Shown here in pieces: positions 9,125 to 18,526 of a stretch of DNA of 64,000 nt. Origin of the DNA: Rhabdothermincola salaria (lineage in GTDB: Bacteria; Actinomycetota; Acidimicrobiia; Acidimicrobiales; Acidimicrobilacustridaceae); the NCBI RefSeq assembly GCF_021246445.1, contig NZ_JAJQXW010000001.1, positions 1,692,168 to 1,756,167 on the forward strand. Reading direction: 5' to 3'. Each line of letters begins with the position of its first letter. Position 1 is the first letter of the stretch. The translations under genes were made by a program, and so were the position numbers. The notes under the pieces were generated by a model. It did not search any database. It was given only the letters and a program-made list of their open reading frames with translations, and was not told the DNA's origin.

Positions 9125-10122
9125 CAGCTGTCGTCCTTGAGCCGGGGCAGGACCTTCTCGACGTAGAGCTCGAGGCTGCTCCAGCCCTCGGCCGGATCGG
9201 CGCCGCCGACCATGGGCATGAGGACCAGGCCGCCGAAGGGACCCTGTTCGCGGGCGAAGTCCACCGTCTCGTCGGGGGTGAGCACCTTGTAGATGTGGCC
9301 CTGGCGCAGGTCGTCGATGGTGTCGGCGTCGGTGCTGACCGCCGAGCGGATGTCGGGGGTCTGCCAGGACTTGTAGACGGTGGCGTCGTGGAGCATGTGC
9401 GGGCCCACCTGGGCCCAGGTGCGCTCGGGGTCCTCGCTCACGAACAGGCAGCCGGTGGTCTTCTCCGCCGGCATCAGGCACATGCCCGGCGTGGTGCCGA
9501 GGCGCTCGCACTCGGCCTGGTAGTGAGCGGCCAGGTCGTCGTCGTGCACCGCCAACTGGGCGCTGAGGCCGAAGCGGGCGGCCCGCTCGACCGCCTTCTT
9601 GCCCGACCCCCCCACGAAGAACATGGGGTGCGGCTCGGTGAAGGGCGGAGGGGTGACCTGCACGGTGTCGCCCTTGTACTCGAAGGGCTCGCCCGTCCAC
9701 GCCTTGAGCAGGGTGTCGAGGGCCTCGTCGAGGAGCTTGCCGCGCCGCTTCCAGTCCTTGCTGAGCATGTGGTACTCGATCGGCCGGTAGCCCAGACCGG
9801 TGGTGAAGGTGATGCGTCCACCGGAGATGTGGTCGACCGCGGCGAGGTCCTCGGCCAGGCGCACGGGGTCGTGCTCGGGCACGAGCAGGGCCTGGATGCT
9901 GATCATCACGTTCTTGGTGCGAGCGGCGATGGCGCCGGCCATGACGAGCGGCGACGACATGTAGTTGTCGGGGCTGCCGTGGTGCTCGGAGAGCACACAG
10001 ATGTCGAAGCCGTTGCTGTCGGCGAACTCCGCCATCTCGAGGGCGGCGGCGTACATCTTCTGGATCTCGGCTCGGCTCTTGCCCGGCGCGCGCATGTCGA
10101 AGCGCAGGATGGACATGGTCAT
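9124..10122 (-). CDS. LLM-class flavin-dependent oxidoreductase
   Basis: LSEHHGS..NYMSSPL, HDPVRLAEDLAAVDHISGGR, GLGYR. Confidence 0.92.
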   Translation of the reverse strand: MTMSILRFDMRAPGKSRAEIQKMYAAALEMAEFADSNGFDICVLSEHHGSPDNYMSSPLVMAGAIAARTKNVMISIQALLVPEHDPVRLAEDLAAVDHISGGRITFTTGLGYRPIEYHMLSKDWKRRGKLLDEALDTLLKAWTGEPFEYKGDTVQVTPPPFTEPHPMFFVGGSGKKAVERAARFGLSAQLAVHDDDLAAHYQAECERLGTTPGMCLMPAEKTTGCLFVSEDPERTWAQVGPHMLHDATVYKSWQTPDIRSAVSTDADTIDDLRQGHIYKVLTPDETVDFAREQGPFGGLVLMPMVGGADPAEGWSSLELYVEKVLPRLKDDS

Positions 10123-10204
10123 GACGGCGTCTCCCCCGGTGGTGGCTGTCGTCCTGTTCTAGCCCAGCGTGCGGCAACGGGAGGGCTCGGCCGCGGCTCG
10201 GCAA

Positions 10205-10220
10205 GTTACCGATCGGTTAC
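10205..10220. promoter_or_regulatory. Palindromic candidate operator between divergent LLM and thiolase genes
   Basis: GTTACCGATCGGTTAC with perfect core ACCGATCGGT. Confidence 0.5.
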
Positions 10221-10323
10221 CTCGTCGGGCCGCCACTGCGATAGACAAGACCACGCTGTGGGCCCAGTGGGGGGCGTCCGTCACCGGGCCCGCGTCCAGC
10301 CTCACCCACGACAGGAGCCCCAC

Positions 10324-11544
10324 ATGCCCGAAGCCGTCATCGTCTCGACCGCCCGCAGCGCCATCGGACGGGCCAACAAGGGCTCGCTCACCAAGGTGCG
10401 CCCCGACGACCTCGCCGCCACCATCGTGCGGGCCGCCCTCGACAAGGTGCCGGCCCTCGACGCCTCCACCATCGACGACCTCATGCTCGGCTGCGCCCAG
10501 CCGGCCGGCATGCAGGGCTACAACATGGCCCGCATCGTCTCGGACCTCGCCGGCATGGGCCACGTTCCCGGCGTCACCGTCAACCGCTACTGCTCGTCGT
10601 CGCTGCAGACCATCCGCATGGCCGCCCACGCCATCAAAGCCGGCGAGGGCGACGCCTTCGTCGCCGCCGGCGTCGAGACGGTGAGCCAGTTCATGAGCGG
10701 CATGTCCGACGGTCTCCCCGGCACCCACAACGAGCGCATGGCGTCGGCCGAGGAGCGCACCAAGGCCCGCGCCGAGGGCGACGCTCCCACGTGGACGCCC
10801 TTCGACGGCATCTCCGACTACTACATCGCCATGGGCCAGACCGCCGAGAACGTGGCCCAGTACGAGAACGTCGCCCGTGAGGACCAGGACGAGTTCGCCG
10901 CCCTGTCCCAGCAGCGGGCCACCGCCGCCCAGGAGCGGGGCTTCTTCGAGCGGGAGATCATCCCCATCGAGACCGTCGACGCCGACGGCAACCCGGTCAC
11001 CGTCACCAAGGACGACGGCATCCGCCCCGGCACCACCAAGGAGAAGCTCGCCGAGCTCAAGCCGGTGTTCCGCCCCGACGGCACCGTCACCGCCGGCAAC
11101 GCCTGCCCCCTCAACGACGGCGCCGCGGCCGTGATCGTGATGAGCGACACCAAGGCCCGCGAGCTGGGGCTCACCCCGATCGCCCGCATCATCTCGTCGG
11201 GTGTCTCCGCGCTCGACCCCGAGATCATGGGCCTCGGACCCATCGAGGCCTGCCGTCAGGCCATGGCTCGCGCCGGCATGACCATCGACGACATCGACCT
11301 CGTCGAGATCAACGAGGCCTTCGCTGCGCAGGTGGTGCCCTCGGCCAAGCAGCTCGGCATCAGCTGGGACAAGCTCAACGTCAACGGCGGGGCCATCGCC
11401 CTGGGCCACCCCTTCGGCATGACCGGTGCCCGCATCATGACCACCCTGCTCAACGGCCTCGAGGACTCCGGCAAGACCATCGGCATGGAGTCGATGTGCG
11501 TCGGCGGCGGCCAGGGCATGGCCATGATCGTCGAGCGGCTCTGA
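10324..11544 (+). CDS. Acetyl-CoA C-acyltransferase (thiolase)
   Basis: TVNRYCSSSL, NEAFAAQ, GGAIALGHPFG, MCVGGGQG; AGGAG RBS. Confidence 0.96.
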   Translation: MPEAVIVSTARSAIGRANKGSLTKVRPDDLAATIVRAALDKVPALDASTIDDLMLGCAQPAGMQGYNMARIVSDLAGMGHVPGVTVNRYCSSSLQTIRMAAHAIKAGEGDAFVAAGVETVSQFMSGMSDGLPGTHNERMASAEERTKARAEGDAPTWTPFDGISDYYIAMGQTAENVAQYENVAREDQDEFAALSQQRATAAQERGFFEREIIPIETVDADGNPVTVTKDDGIRPGTTKEKLAELKPVFRPDGTVTAGNACPLNDGAAAVIVMSDTKARELGLTPIARIISSGVSALDPEIMGLGPIEACRQAMARAGMTIDDIDLVEINEAFAAQVVPSAKQLGISWDKLNVNGGAIALGHPFGMTGARIMTTLLNGLEDSGKTIGMESMCVGGGQGMAMIVERL

Positions 11545-11550
11545 CACTCA

Positions 11551-11634
11551 GCTCGGGTCGGCAAGCCTCCCCTCGCCGGCTTCGCCGAAACGCGGGACCG
11601 GGCTGAGCCTCCGTCGCTGGCGCTCCTCCGGCTG
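11551..11634 (+). repeat. REP-like repeat unit (form A) just after the thiolase stop
   Basis: GGTCGGCAAGCCTCCC..GCCGGCTTCGCCGAAACGCG...GAGCCTCCGTCGCTG matches the 8024 and 8126 copies. Confidence 0.88.
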
Positions 11635-11687
11635 TCACCAGCCGATTCGAGGGTTCTAAGCGCCTGACAAAGAGCGACAACGAACCA

Positions 11688-11716
11688 GAAGGGCCCTCCC
11701 GACGGGAGGGCCCTTC
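11688..11716. terminator. Hairpin between convergent thiolase and dsrE genes
   Basis: GAAGGGCCCTCCC-gac-GGGAGGGCCCTTC, perfect 13-bp stem. Confidence 0.7.
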
Positions 11717-11740
11717 CGCGTTGGTCACCGACGGTGCCCG

Positions 11741-11914
11741 GTCAGGTGGGCGACGGGAGCGCAGCGACCCGCCCACACCGCGTCCCGACGAGCTCGCGAG
11801 GAGGGCGTCATGGACTCGGGTCCGAGTGGGTTCCGGTGGCGTGCGCCGTCAGGTGGGCGACGGGAGCGCAGCGACCCGCCCACACCGCGTCCCGACGAGC
11901 TTGCGAGGAGGGCG
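11741..11914 (-). repeat. Two tandem REP-like repeat units (form B), period 107 bp
   Basis: GTCAGGTGGGCGACGGGAGCGCAGCGACCCGCCCACACCGCGTCCCGACGAGCT(C/T)GCGAGGAGGGCG at 11741 and 11848. Confidence 0.92.
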
Positions 11915-11918
11915 CCAT

Positions 11919-12386
11919 CTAGGTGAAGAGGATCTGGCCTCCGGCGGCGATCTCGTAGAAGTCGCCCACGGTGATGATGCCGTCGAGCTCGTCGATGAAG
12001 TCGCTCTCGGTCATGCCGAACAGGTCGACCGAGGCCAGGCAGGCGTACATGCCGGCGCCGGTGTCGCTGATGAGCTCCATGAACTCGGGGATGGAGGGGA
12101 TGTCGAAGTCCTCCATCTTCTTGTTCATCATGTGGGTGGCGATCGCCGACATGCCCGGGAGTCCACCGACCAGGGTGGCCATGTGCATCCCCGGGTTGCC
12201 GACGGTGGCGACCTTGATGTGCTCCATCCTCTTCTTGTGGATGGCGTCGAGACCGAAGAAGGTGAAGAAGAGGTTGGCCTCGATGCCTTCGGCGCGGGCG
12301 CCGTTGGCCATGATCAACCCCGGGTAGATCCCCTCGAGGGATCCCTTGGAGATGATGATCGAGACCTTCTCGATGGCGTCGGACAT
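11919..12386 (-). CDS. DsrE/DsrF/DrsH-like (DsrE2) sulfur-transfer protein
   Basis: SIIISKGSLE, LFFTFFGL, MYAC..SVDLFG. Confidence 0.88.
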   Translation of the reverse strand: MSDAIEKVSIIISKGSLEGIYPGLIMANGARAEGIEANLFFTFFGLDAIHKKRMEHIKVATVGNPGMHMATLVGGLPGMSAIATHMMNKKMEDFDIPSIPEFMELISDTGAGMYACLASVDLFGMTESDFIDELDGIITVGDFYEIAAGGQILFT

Positions 12387-12432
12387 GGGGGCTCCAGTTC
12401 GTGGTGGTCGTGTGGCGGGCGGGGGTCGCGGA

Positions 12433-12750
12433 TCAGATGCAGCCGCGGGGCTTGGGGATGCCGGCGACCTTGGCGGCCACCTTGGCCGGCCCCTTGGGGA
12501 AGAGCTGGTAGAGCTCCTTGACGGTGACGCCGGAGGTCTTGCCGAGCATGCGCACCGTCGGCCCGGTGCCCTTCTCGAAGTACTCCTTGCGCATGAACTC
12601 GATGACCTGCCAGTGCTTGGGGGTCAGCTCCTCGATGCCCTCTTCCTTGGCCACCTCGGTGGCGACCTCCTGGTTCCACTGGTCGGGGTCCTCGAAGAAC
12701 CCTTCGTCGTTGCGATCGATGGTGTGGCCGGCGATGGTCACGGTGGCCAT
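12433..12750 (-). CDS. tusE: TusE/DsrC-family sulfur relay protein
   Basis: DEGF, HWQVIEFMR, LYQLFPKGPAK.AAKVAGIPKPRGCI with penultimate Cys. Confidence 0.92.
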   Translation of the reverse strand: MATVTIAGHTIDRNDEGFFEDPDQWNQEVATEVAKEEGIEELTPKHWQVIEFMRKEYFEKGTGPTVRMLGKTSGVTVKELYQLFPKGPAKVAAKVAGIPKPRGCI

Positions 12751-12802
12751 GGCGTGTCTCCTCGTGGGTGCGGGATCGGGGGTGTGCGTGCGGTCGGCGG
12801 GG

Positions 12803-14041
12803 TCAGCGGGGGCCGAGGACCTTGCCCGAGGTGGGCATGTCGGGGCCGATGCCCGGGATGTCTCGACCGGGCAGCAGGGCGTGCCAGTAGAACCACTGGA
12901 ACATGAGCTTGCCGAGGTGGTTGAGGCGGGAGTCCTTCAACAGCGGCACGCCGACCGATGACGGGAAGTGCCCGGTCAACGGCTCGGTGTCGTAGTTGAA
13001 GTCGATGAGCATCGCCTTGTGGAACCCGGTCTCGATGAAGCAGTTGGCGTGCCCGTCGTAGGACGCGTCGAGCTCGTCGCCGTCGAGGAACCGGATGATG
13101 TTCTCGAGCAGCACCTCGCCCTCGAAGTGGGTGACCGACCCGGCCTTGGAGGCGGGGACGTTGGTGGCGTCGCCGATGGCGAAGATCTCGGGGCGGACCT
13201 TGGACTGCAGGGTGCGCTCGTCGGTCGGCACGAAGCCCAGCTCGTCGCCGAGACCGGGTGACCGTTCGACGTACTCGGCCCCGCCGTGGAGGGGGATCAC
13301 GACGGCGAGGTCGAAGGGCACCTCGCGCTCGTCGTAGGAAACGATGCGGCCACCGGGGCCGTCGACCTCACCGGTGTTGAACTCGGTGACCAGCGAGACG
13401 CCCTTTTCCTCGAGCATCCCGCCGAGTGCGGCCGAGGCGGTGGGCTTGGTGAAGGCGCCGTCGAGGGGGGTCACGTAGGTGAGCTCGACCGCGTCTCGGA
13501 TCCCGCGGTCCTGGAAGTACCAGTCGGCGAGGAAGCTGAACTCCAACGGGGCGACCGGGCACTTGATGGGCATGTCGATGACGTTCAGCGCGATGCGGCC
13601 ACCGTCGAAGTCCTCGAGCGCCTGGTGCAGGGCGGTGGCCCCGTCGAGGTCGTAGAAGGTGAAGACCTTCTCGTTCCACCCCGGCCCGGTGAGGCCCTCG
13701 GTCTCCTCGGGCAGCAGGCGAGCCCCGGTGGCCACCACCAGCAGGTCGTAGGGCAGCGTCTCGTTGCCCTCGAGGGTCACGATGCGCTCGTCGATGTCCA
13801 CCCGGTCGACGGCCGCCAGACGGAAGGCGATCCCCTTGTGCAGCTGGCGTTCGCGGCCCCGCACGATGTGCTCGGGGTCGGCGAGGCCGAAGGGCACGAA
13901 GAGCAACCCGGGCTGGTACACGTGACGGTCGTCCTGGTCGACCACGGTGATCTCGGCGTCGGAGCCGTAGTGCTTGCGCAGCCGGTTGGCCATCAAGGTC
14001 CCACCGGTGCCTCCGCCGAGGATGACGATGCGGTGCGCCAT
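12803..14041 (-). CDS. sqr: Sulfide:quinone oxidoreductase-like FAD-dependent oxidoreductase
   Basis: GGGTGG FAD motif, HVYQPGLLFVPFG, IKCPVAPLEF, IGDAT..PASKAGS, YDGHANCFIE. Confidence 0.88.
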   Translation of the reverse strand: MAHRIVILGGGTGGTLMANRLRKHYGSDAEITVVDQDDRHVYQPGLLFVPFGLADPEHIVRGRERQLHKGIAFRLAAVDRVDIDERIVTLEGNETLPYDLLVVATGARLLPEETEGLTGPGWNEKVFTFYDLDGATALHQALEDFDGGRIALNVIDMPIKCPVAPLEFSFLADWYFQDRGIRDAVELTYVTPLDGAFTKPTASAALGGMLEEKGVSLVTEFNTGEVDGPGGRIVSYDEREVPFDLAVVIPLHGGAEYVERSPGLGDELGFVPTDERTLQSKVRPEIFAIGDATNVPASKAGSVTHFEGEVLLENIIRFLDGDELDASYDGHANCFIETGFHKAMLIDFNYDTEPLTGHFPSSVGVPLLKDSRLNHLGKLMFQWFYWHALLPGRDIPGIGPDMPTSGKVLGPR

Positions 14042-14167
14042 GGGCCATGCCTCCCTTGTTCGTTGTCCTCGTCATCCTCCTGCGGCTCCACGGTGGCGCC
14101 TAGGGTCCGAAGTCATACCCCCGCGGGTATCGAAGCCCCCGTGGGGCCCGCGTCCACCCCGGGGGCG

Positions 14168-14200
14168 AAAAAGCCAGAAGGCCCGGCGAACCGGGCCTTC
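14168..14200 (-). terminator. Intrinsic terminator of the tRNA gene
   Basis: 10-bp stem GAAGGCCCGG-ttcg-CCGGGCCTTC followed by TGGCTTTTT on the minus strand. Confidence 0.85.
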
Positions 14201-14208
14201 GGCGGCGG

Positions 14209-14282
14209 TGGAGGTGAGGAGAATCGAACTCCCGACCTCTACGTTGCGAACGTAGCGCTCTAGCCAACTGAGCTACACCCCC
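14209..14282 (-). tRNA. tRNA-Ala (anticodon CGC); CCA not fully encoded
   Basis: GGGGGTGTAGCTCAGTTGGCTAGAGCGCTACGTTCGCAACGTAGAGGTCGGGAGTTCGATTCTCCTCACCTCCA folds as a cloverleaf with the G3:U70 Ala determinant. Confidence 0.97.
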
Positions 14283-14563
14283 GCAGGGGCGCCCACGATA
14301 CTCCTCCCCGGGCCGGGCACGGCAAACCATCCCGGGTCGTGCTCCCGCCGCCGGCGTCGAGGTGACGGGTGCCGCTGCGTCCGGTGCCGCCCGGCGTGCC
14401 GCGCACATGGGAGGAGTCTCAGCCGACCCTCACGTCACCTTCACACGCGCCCGCCAGAACGGTCACCGACGACCACGCGGGTCGCCCGAGCCCCCGGTGC
14501 GCCGGATGGCCGACCGAAAGGAAATCACTCAAGGTGAAGGATCGAACGCGCCGAGTAACTGAC

Positions 14564-15037
14564 ATGACCTCTGCGACCCTCCCCCAGGCAGCACCGACCA
14601 CCCGCCGGCCGTCCCGCCGGCGTGCCGGTGCCTTCGCCGCGCTGGCGCTCGCCGCCGTGATGCTGTTCGCCGCATGCACCCCCGAGGCCAACCGCACCGC
14701 CGACCTGATCAACCAGGAACGCGCCCAGCGGGGCATCCCGGCGCTGCAGTTCAACACCATGCTCTACCTCAAGGCCCAGGGCTGGGCCGACCACCTCAGC
14801 CGCCAGGGGCACCTCTCGCACTCCAACCTCACCAACGACAACTGGTCGACGACGTGGCGCAAGCTCGGTGAGAACGTCGGCGTGGCCGGATCCATCGAGG
14901 GCGCCCACCAGGCCTTCATGAACTCCAAGGGCCACCGCGACAACATCCTCGACCGTGGCTTCAACAAGGTGGGCACCGGTGTCACCCGTGGCGCCGACGG
15001 CCGGGTGTGGGTCGTCCACGAGTTCATGTACGAGTAG
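14564..15037 (+). CDS. CAP (SCP-like) domain lipoprotein
   Basis: Signal peptide with lipobox LFAAC; INQERAQRG, GENVG, FMNSKGHRDNIL, VGTGV. Confidence 0.92.
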   Translation: MTSATLPQAAPTTRRPSRRRAGAFAALALAAVMLFAACTPEANRTADLINQERAQRGIPALQFNTMLYLKAQGWADHLSRQGHLSHSNLTNDNWSTTWRKLGENVGVAGSIEGAHQAFMNSKGHRDNILDRGFNKVGTGVTRGADGRVWVVHEFMYE

Positions 15038-15199
15038 CCCCGAGCCCTCCCCCTCTCGTCGCAGTGGCGCCGCCCCGGCGGCGCCACTGGCGCGTCCGGC
15101 CCGCCGCCGTTCGCCGGTCGGAACCGCGCTCGGGTCCCGCCTTCGCTCACCGGTCGCCCCGACGTCAGCGCGACACGGGCCGGCGCACCAGCGCTGGAC

Positions 15200-15871
15200 T
15201 CAGGGCTGCAGCGGCTCGACCGGGTGGCCGTGGCCCTCGAGGGCCTGCTGGAGGCGCACCTGCACCACGGTCGTGGTGACGTCGCCCCGGGTGCGCTCGA
15301 CCACCGCCCGCAAGGCGTCGACGGTGCGGCGCAGCCCTTCGGTGAGGGCATCGGGGTAGTCGACCGTGACGAGGACGTCGTAGGCGTCGTCCATGGACTG
15401 CAGGAGGGCTTCGGCCCGGTCCATCTCCCCCTCGCGTAGCCGGTCGAGCGTGTAGCGGCGCAGCTCGCTGGCCGCCTCGGCCAGGGCCTTGAGCCAGGGT
15501 GGGCCGTCGATCCCCAGCGCATCCGGCCCGGGAAGGGGCTCTCCGGCCACGAGGGCGGCCGTGAGGTGGGCTTCGGCGACCTCCCGCTCGGCGTCGTGGA
15601 GGAAGCCGGCGTGGGCCACCGCCGGGAACGGGGCCAGCGCGTCCTGGGCCTCGCGCAACGCAGAGGCGGCGTCGGCCGCGAGGGCGGCGGCCCGTTCCGG
15701 CTCACCTCGGTGCACGGCCCGGATCGAGCTGCCCGAGGACCGGATGGCGGCCCGGCAGGCAGGGAGTGCGACCTCGCGGGCGGCGTGGGCTCCGGCCAAC
15801 TCGGAGCGGACCGCCTCCACGGCGGCGAGCATCTCGGCACGCCGGCTCGACGGGGCGTCGGCCGCGAACAC
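15200..15871 (-). CDS. Translin/TRAX-like protein
   Basis: AREVAL..CR..IR.S..SIRAVHRGE, REVAEA, LAEAASELRR..LD.LR.G, LRR..D..R..VERTRGD; start uncertain. Confidence 0.82.
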   Translation of the reverse strand: MFAADAPSSRRAEMLAAVEAVRSELAGAHAAREVALPACRAAIRSSGSSIRAVHRGEPERAAALAADAASALREAQDALAPFPAVAHAGFLHDAEREVAEAHLTAALVAGEPLPGPDALGIDGPPWLKALAEAASELRRYTLDRLREGEMDRAEALLQSMDDAYDVLVTVDYPDALTEGLRRTVDALRAVVERTRGDVTTTVVQVRLQQALEGHGHPVEPLQP

Positions 15872-15889
15872 GAGCAGGCCAGCCGGCGG

Positions 15890-16492
15890 CTAGCGCCGAG
15901 CGATCATGTAGCCGGACTGCGGCTGCGGGTAGGCGTGCACGTCGGCGGTCGGGTAGGTGCCGTCCGCGGTGGGCTCGTCGTAGGCCTCGTCGTACCAGGC
16001 CTCGTCGTCCCAGGCCACGGGAGCAACGGGGCTCACGGCGCCCGAGGGACCCAGGTAGCGGACCTTGGAGCGCTGCTCGAGCACTCGCTTCTGGGCCTGG
16101 GCCAGCAGCGCCACGTAGGCGACGGTGAGCAGGAGGGACACGACGAACAGCAGACGCAGCGGACCGCCGAGCACGAGGCCGCCGAGTGCGGTGACCCCGG
16201 TGGCGGCGAGCAGGCCCATCAAGATGTCCTTGCGACGCTTCTTGGCCGCGGCCTGCGCCGAGCGACGAGGCGCCACGCTGGACGAGAGCGGGCCGAGGCC
16301 GGCCGCCGCCCGAGCAGGGCCGAAGTCAGCCGCCCGGGCACCGCCCTGGCGGGCACCGGGAGCCGTGCGCTCGAGGACCGACAGGTGCCGGCTGAACGAC
16401 GAGATGGAGTTGCCGCTACGGGTCTCGGAGCGCGTGCGGAACCACGAGACCAGATAGACCGCCCACACCACCGCGAGGATGAACAGCACCAC
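15890..16492 (-). CDS. Membrane protein, SepX/GlpR (Rv0996)-like by architecture and position
   Basis: N-terminal LFILAVVWAVYLV, FSRHLSVL, basic KKRRKD then two TM helices ending YVALL; lies between moeA and tRNA-Ala(CGC). Confidence 0.65.
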   Translation of the reverse strand: MVLFILAVVWAVYLVSWFRTRSETRSGNSISSFSRHLSVLERTAPGARQGGARAADFGPARAAAGLGPLSSSVAPRRSAQAAAKKRRKDILMGLLAATGVTALGGLVLGGPLRLLFVVSLLLTVAYVALLAQAQKRVLEQRSKVRYLGPSGAVSPVAPVAWDDEAWYDEAYDEPTADGTYPTADVHAYPQPQSGYMIARR

Positions 16493-16759
16493 GAATGTCA
16501 CGCTCCGGGCCTGCGCTTTCGGTGTCGGGGACCGTACCGGGCCGCATGTCACAGGGGGTGGATCCCCTGGGCGGTCCGGCCGATCGGCGGAATCAGAACA
16601 TTACGGTTCTACTACGGAACCACCACGGGTTCCACCGTGCCATCCGTCGCCTCCCCGCCATCGGCGCGCCATCCGCCCGTCACCAGGGACTTCGCGCCGA
16701 CGACGGCGTCCGCCAGGCCCGGACAGGGGCCGGCCGGGCGGCGGCCGGGACGGGCGACG

Positions 16760-17332
16760 TCAGGTCTCGTCGTCGAGATCGAGCCCGAGGCCGAGGTCGT
16801 CGTCGCTGCCCGACAGGCCGCCGAGGCCCTCCACACCGACGCCCGCCTCGTCGAGGGGGTCGCGCCGGTAGGTACCCGAGCGACCGCCGGTCTTCTCCCA
16901 GAGGGTGACGTCACCGATGACCATCGAGCGGTCGGCGGACTTGCACATGTCGTAGATGGTCAGCGCGGCCACGCTGCAGGCGGTGAGGGCTTCCATCTCG
17001 ACCCCGGTGCGGTCGACGGTCTCGACCTGGGCCTCGACCTCGACGTAGCGGTCCTCGATGCGGAAGTTGACGAACACCGACCCGACGAGCAGCGGGTGGC
17101 ACAGCGGGATGAGGTCCGGTGCCTTCTTGGCCGCCTGGATGCCCGCCACCCGGGCGACCGCCAGCACGTCGCCCTTGGAGACGGCGCCGCGAGCGATGAG
17201 CGACGTGGTCTCCGGTTGCATGAACACCTTGCCCCGGGCGATCGCCCGGCGGTGGGTGACCTCCTTGGGGGTGACGTCGACCATGCGAGCCCGACCCAGG
17301 GGGTCGAGGTGGGTGAGACCGCGATCGGACAT
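16760..17332 (-). CDS. moaC: Cyclic pyranopterin monophosphate synthase
   Basis: [53 protein letters not shown]. Confidence 0.97.
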   Translation of the reverse strand: MSDRGLTHLDPLGRARMVDVTPKEVTHRRAIARGKVFMQPETTSLIARGAVSKGDVLAVARVAGIQAAKKAPDLIPLCHPLLVGSVFVNFRIEDRYVEVEAQVETVDRTGVEMEALTACSVAALTIYDMCKSADRSMVIGDVTLWEKTGGRSGTYRRDPLDEAGVGVEGLGGLSGSDDDLGLGLDLDDET

Positions 17333-17478
17333 GGGCGCCGAGTGTAGGCGGCCCGCTCGTGCCCACCCCGCGTACCTGTCAGGGTTGGGCGTCACCTGTC
17401 GACAGCCCGTTCCCGACAGGTTTGCCGCGCAAAGGGGGGGCGGATCGGTGGGCTCGCCGCGGGTGCCTACGTCTCGGC

Positions 17479-18483
17479 TCAGCCGCCGATCTGGCTCATC
17501 GAGCGCGCCGGGCGGATGAAGTGCACCTGGTTGATCTGGTGGCCGGCCCACTTGGCCCCCACCTCCGCCCGGATGGCGTCGGCCAGGTCGTCGTCGGAGG
17601 CCCCCTCGCGCAGCAACGCCCGCAGGTCGAGCTCCCGGGTGGCGAACAGGCAGTGGCGGAGCATGCCCTCCGCTGTGAGGCGCACCCGGTCGCACGACTC
17701 GCAGAACGCCTGGGTGACGCTGGCGATGACGCCCACGTGGCCACGGCCGTCGCGGTAGCGCCAACGAGCCGCGGGGTCGGCGCCGCGCTCGGCGGCGGGG
17801 ACCTCGTCGAGGGGGTGCACGGCGTCGATGGCGGCCACGATCTCGGCCTGCGACACCACCTGGTCGTCGGTCCAGGCGCCCTGGGCGTCGAGGGGCATGA
17901 ACTCGATGAAGCGGACCTCGACGTCGTGCTCGCGCCCGTAGGTGGCGAAGTCGACGATCTCGTCGTCGTTCACCCCCCGCATGACGACGACGTTGAGCTT
18001 GACCGGTCCGAGGCCGGCTTCGTGGGCGGCGGCGATGCCGTCGAGGACCTGGGGCAGGTCGTCGCGCTTGGTGATGGCCGCGAACCGCTCGGGACGCAGC
18101 GAGTCGCACGACACGTTGATGCGTTGCAGCCCGGCGGCGGCGAGGTCGTGGGCGACGAGGCGGAGGGTGGAGCCGTTGGTGGTCAGCGAGAGGTCGACCC
18201 CGAGCGCGGCGAGCTTCTCGATCAGCACCGGCAGGTGGGCCCTCACGGTCGGCTCGCCACCGGTGAGGCGGATGCCGTCGAACCCGAAGCGCTCGACACA
18301 CACGCGGGCCACCCGGGCCAGCTCTTCGTAGGTGAGCAGCTCCTGGCGGGGCAGCCAGGGCATGCCTTCGGCCGGCATGCAATAGGTGCAGCGGTAGTTG
18401 CAGCGGTCGGTGACCGAGATGCGCAGGTCGCGGTGGACGCGCCCGTACCCGTCGACGAGGTCCGAGGGGGTGGGATCGGTCAC
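17479..18483 (-). CDS. moaA: GTP 3',8-cyclase
   Basis: [43 protein letters not shown]...CLF, C-terminal MSQIGG. Confidence 0.97.
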   Translation of the reverse strand: MTDPTPSDLVDGYGRVHRDLRISVTDRCNYRCTYCMPAEGMPWLPRQELLTYEELARVARVCVERFGFDGIRLTGGEPTVRAHLPVLIEKLAALGVDLSLTTNGSTLRLVAHDLAAAGLQRINVSCDSLRPERFAAITKRDDLPQVLDGIAAAHEAGLGPVKLNVVVMRGVNDDEIVDFATYGREHDVEVRFIEFMPLDAQGAWTDDQVVSQAEIVAAIDAVHPLDEVPAAERGADPAARWRYRDGRGHVGVIASVTQAFCESCDRVRLTAEGMLRHCLFATRELDLRALLREGASDDDLADAIRAEVGAKWAGHQINQVHFIRPARSMSQIGG

Positions 18484-18526
18484 GGCAGCAGAGCGTATCG
18501 GCGTGCCGCCACGACCACCGGGGCGA

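Noticed and set aside
12433..12750. Dissimilatory sulfite reduction (true DsrC)
   Set aside because: Only one C-terminal Cys, and no dsrAB or dsrMK in the window.
11551..14282. Integrative element at tRNA-Ala carrying the sulfur cassette
   Set aside because: I found no integrase and no duplicate of the tRNA 3' end, and the tRNA terminator is intact.
14283..14563. c-di-AMP or other riboswitch upstream of the CAP gene
   Set aside because: No recognisable conserved riboswitch motifs.
17374..17421. Moco riboswitch between moaA and moaC
   Set aside because: Only an imperfect hairpin bounded by ACCTGTC/GACAGGT, and moaC appears to have a leaderless promoter downstream of it.
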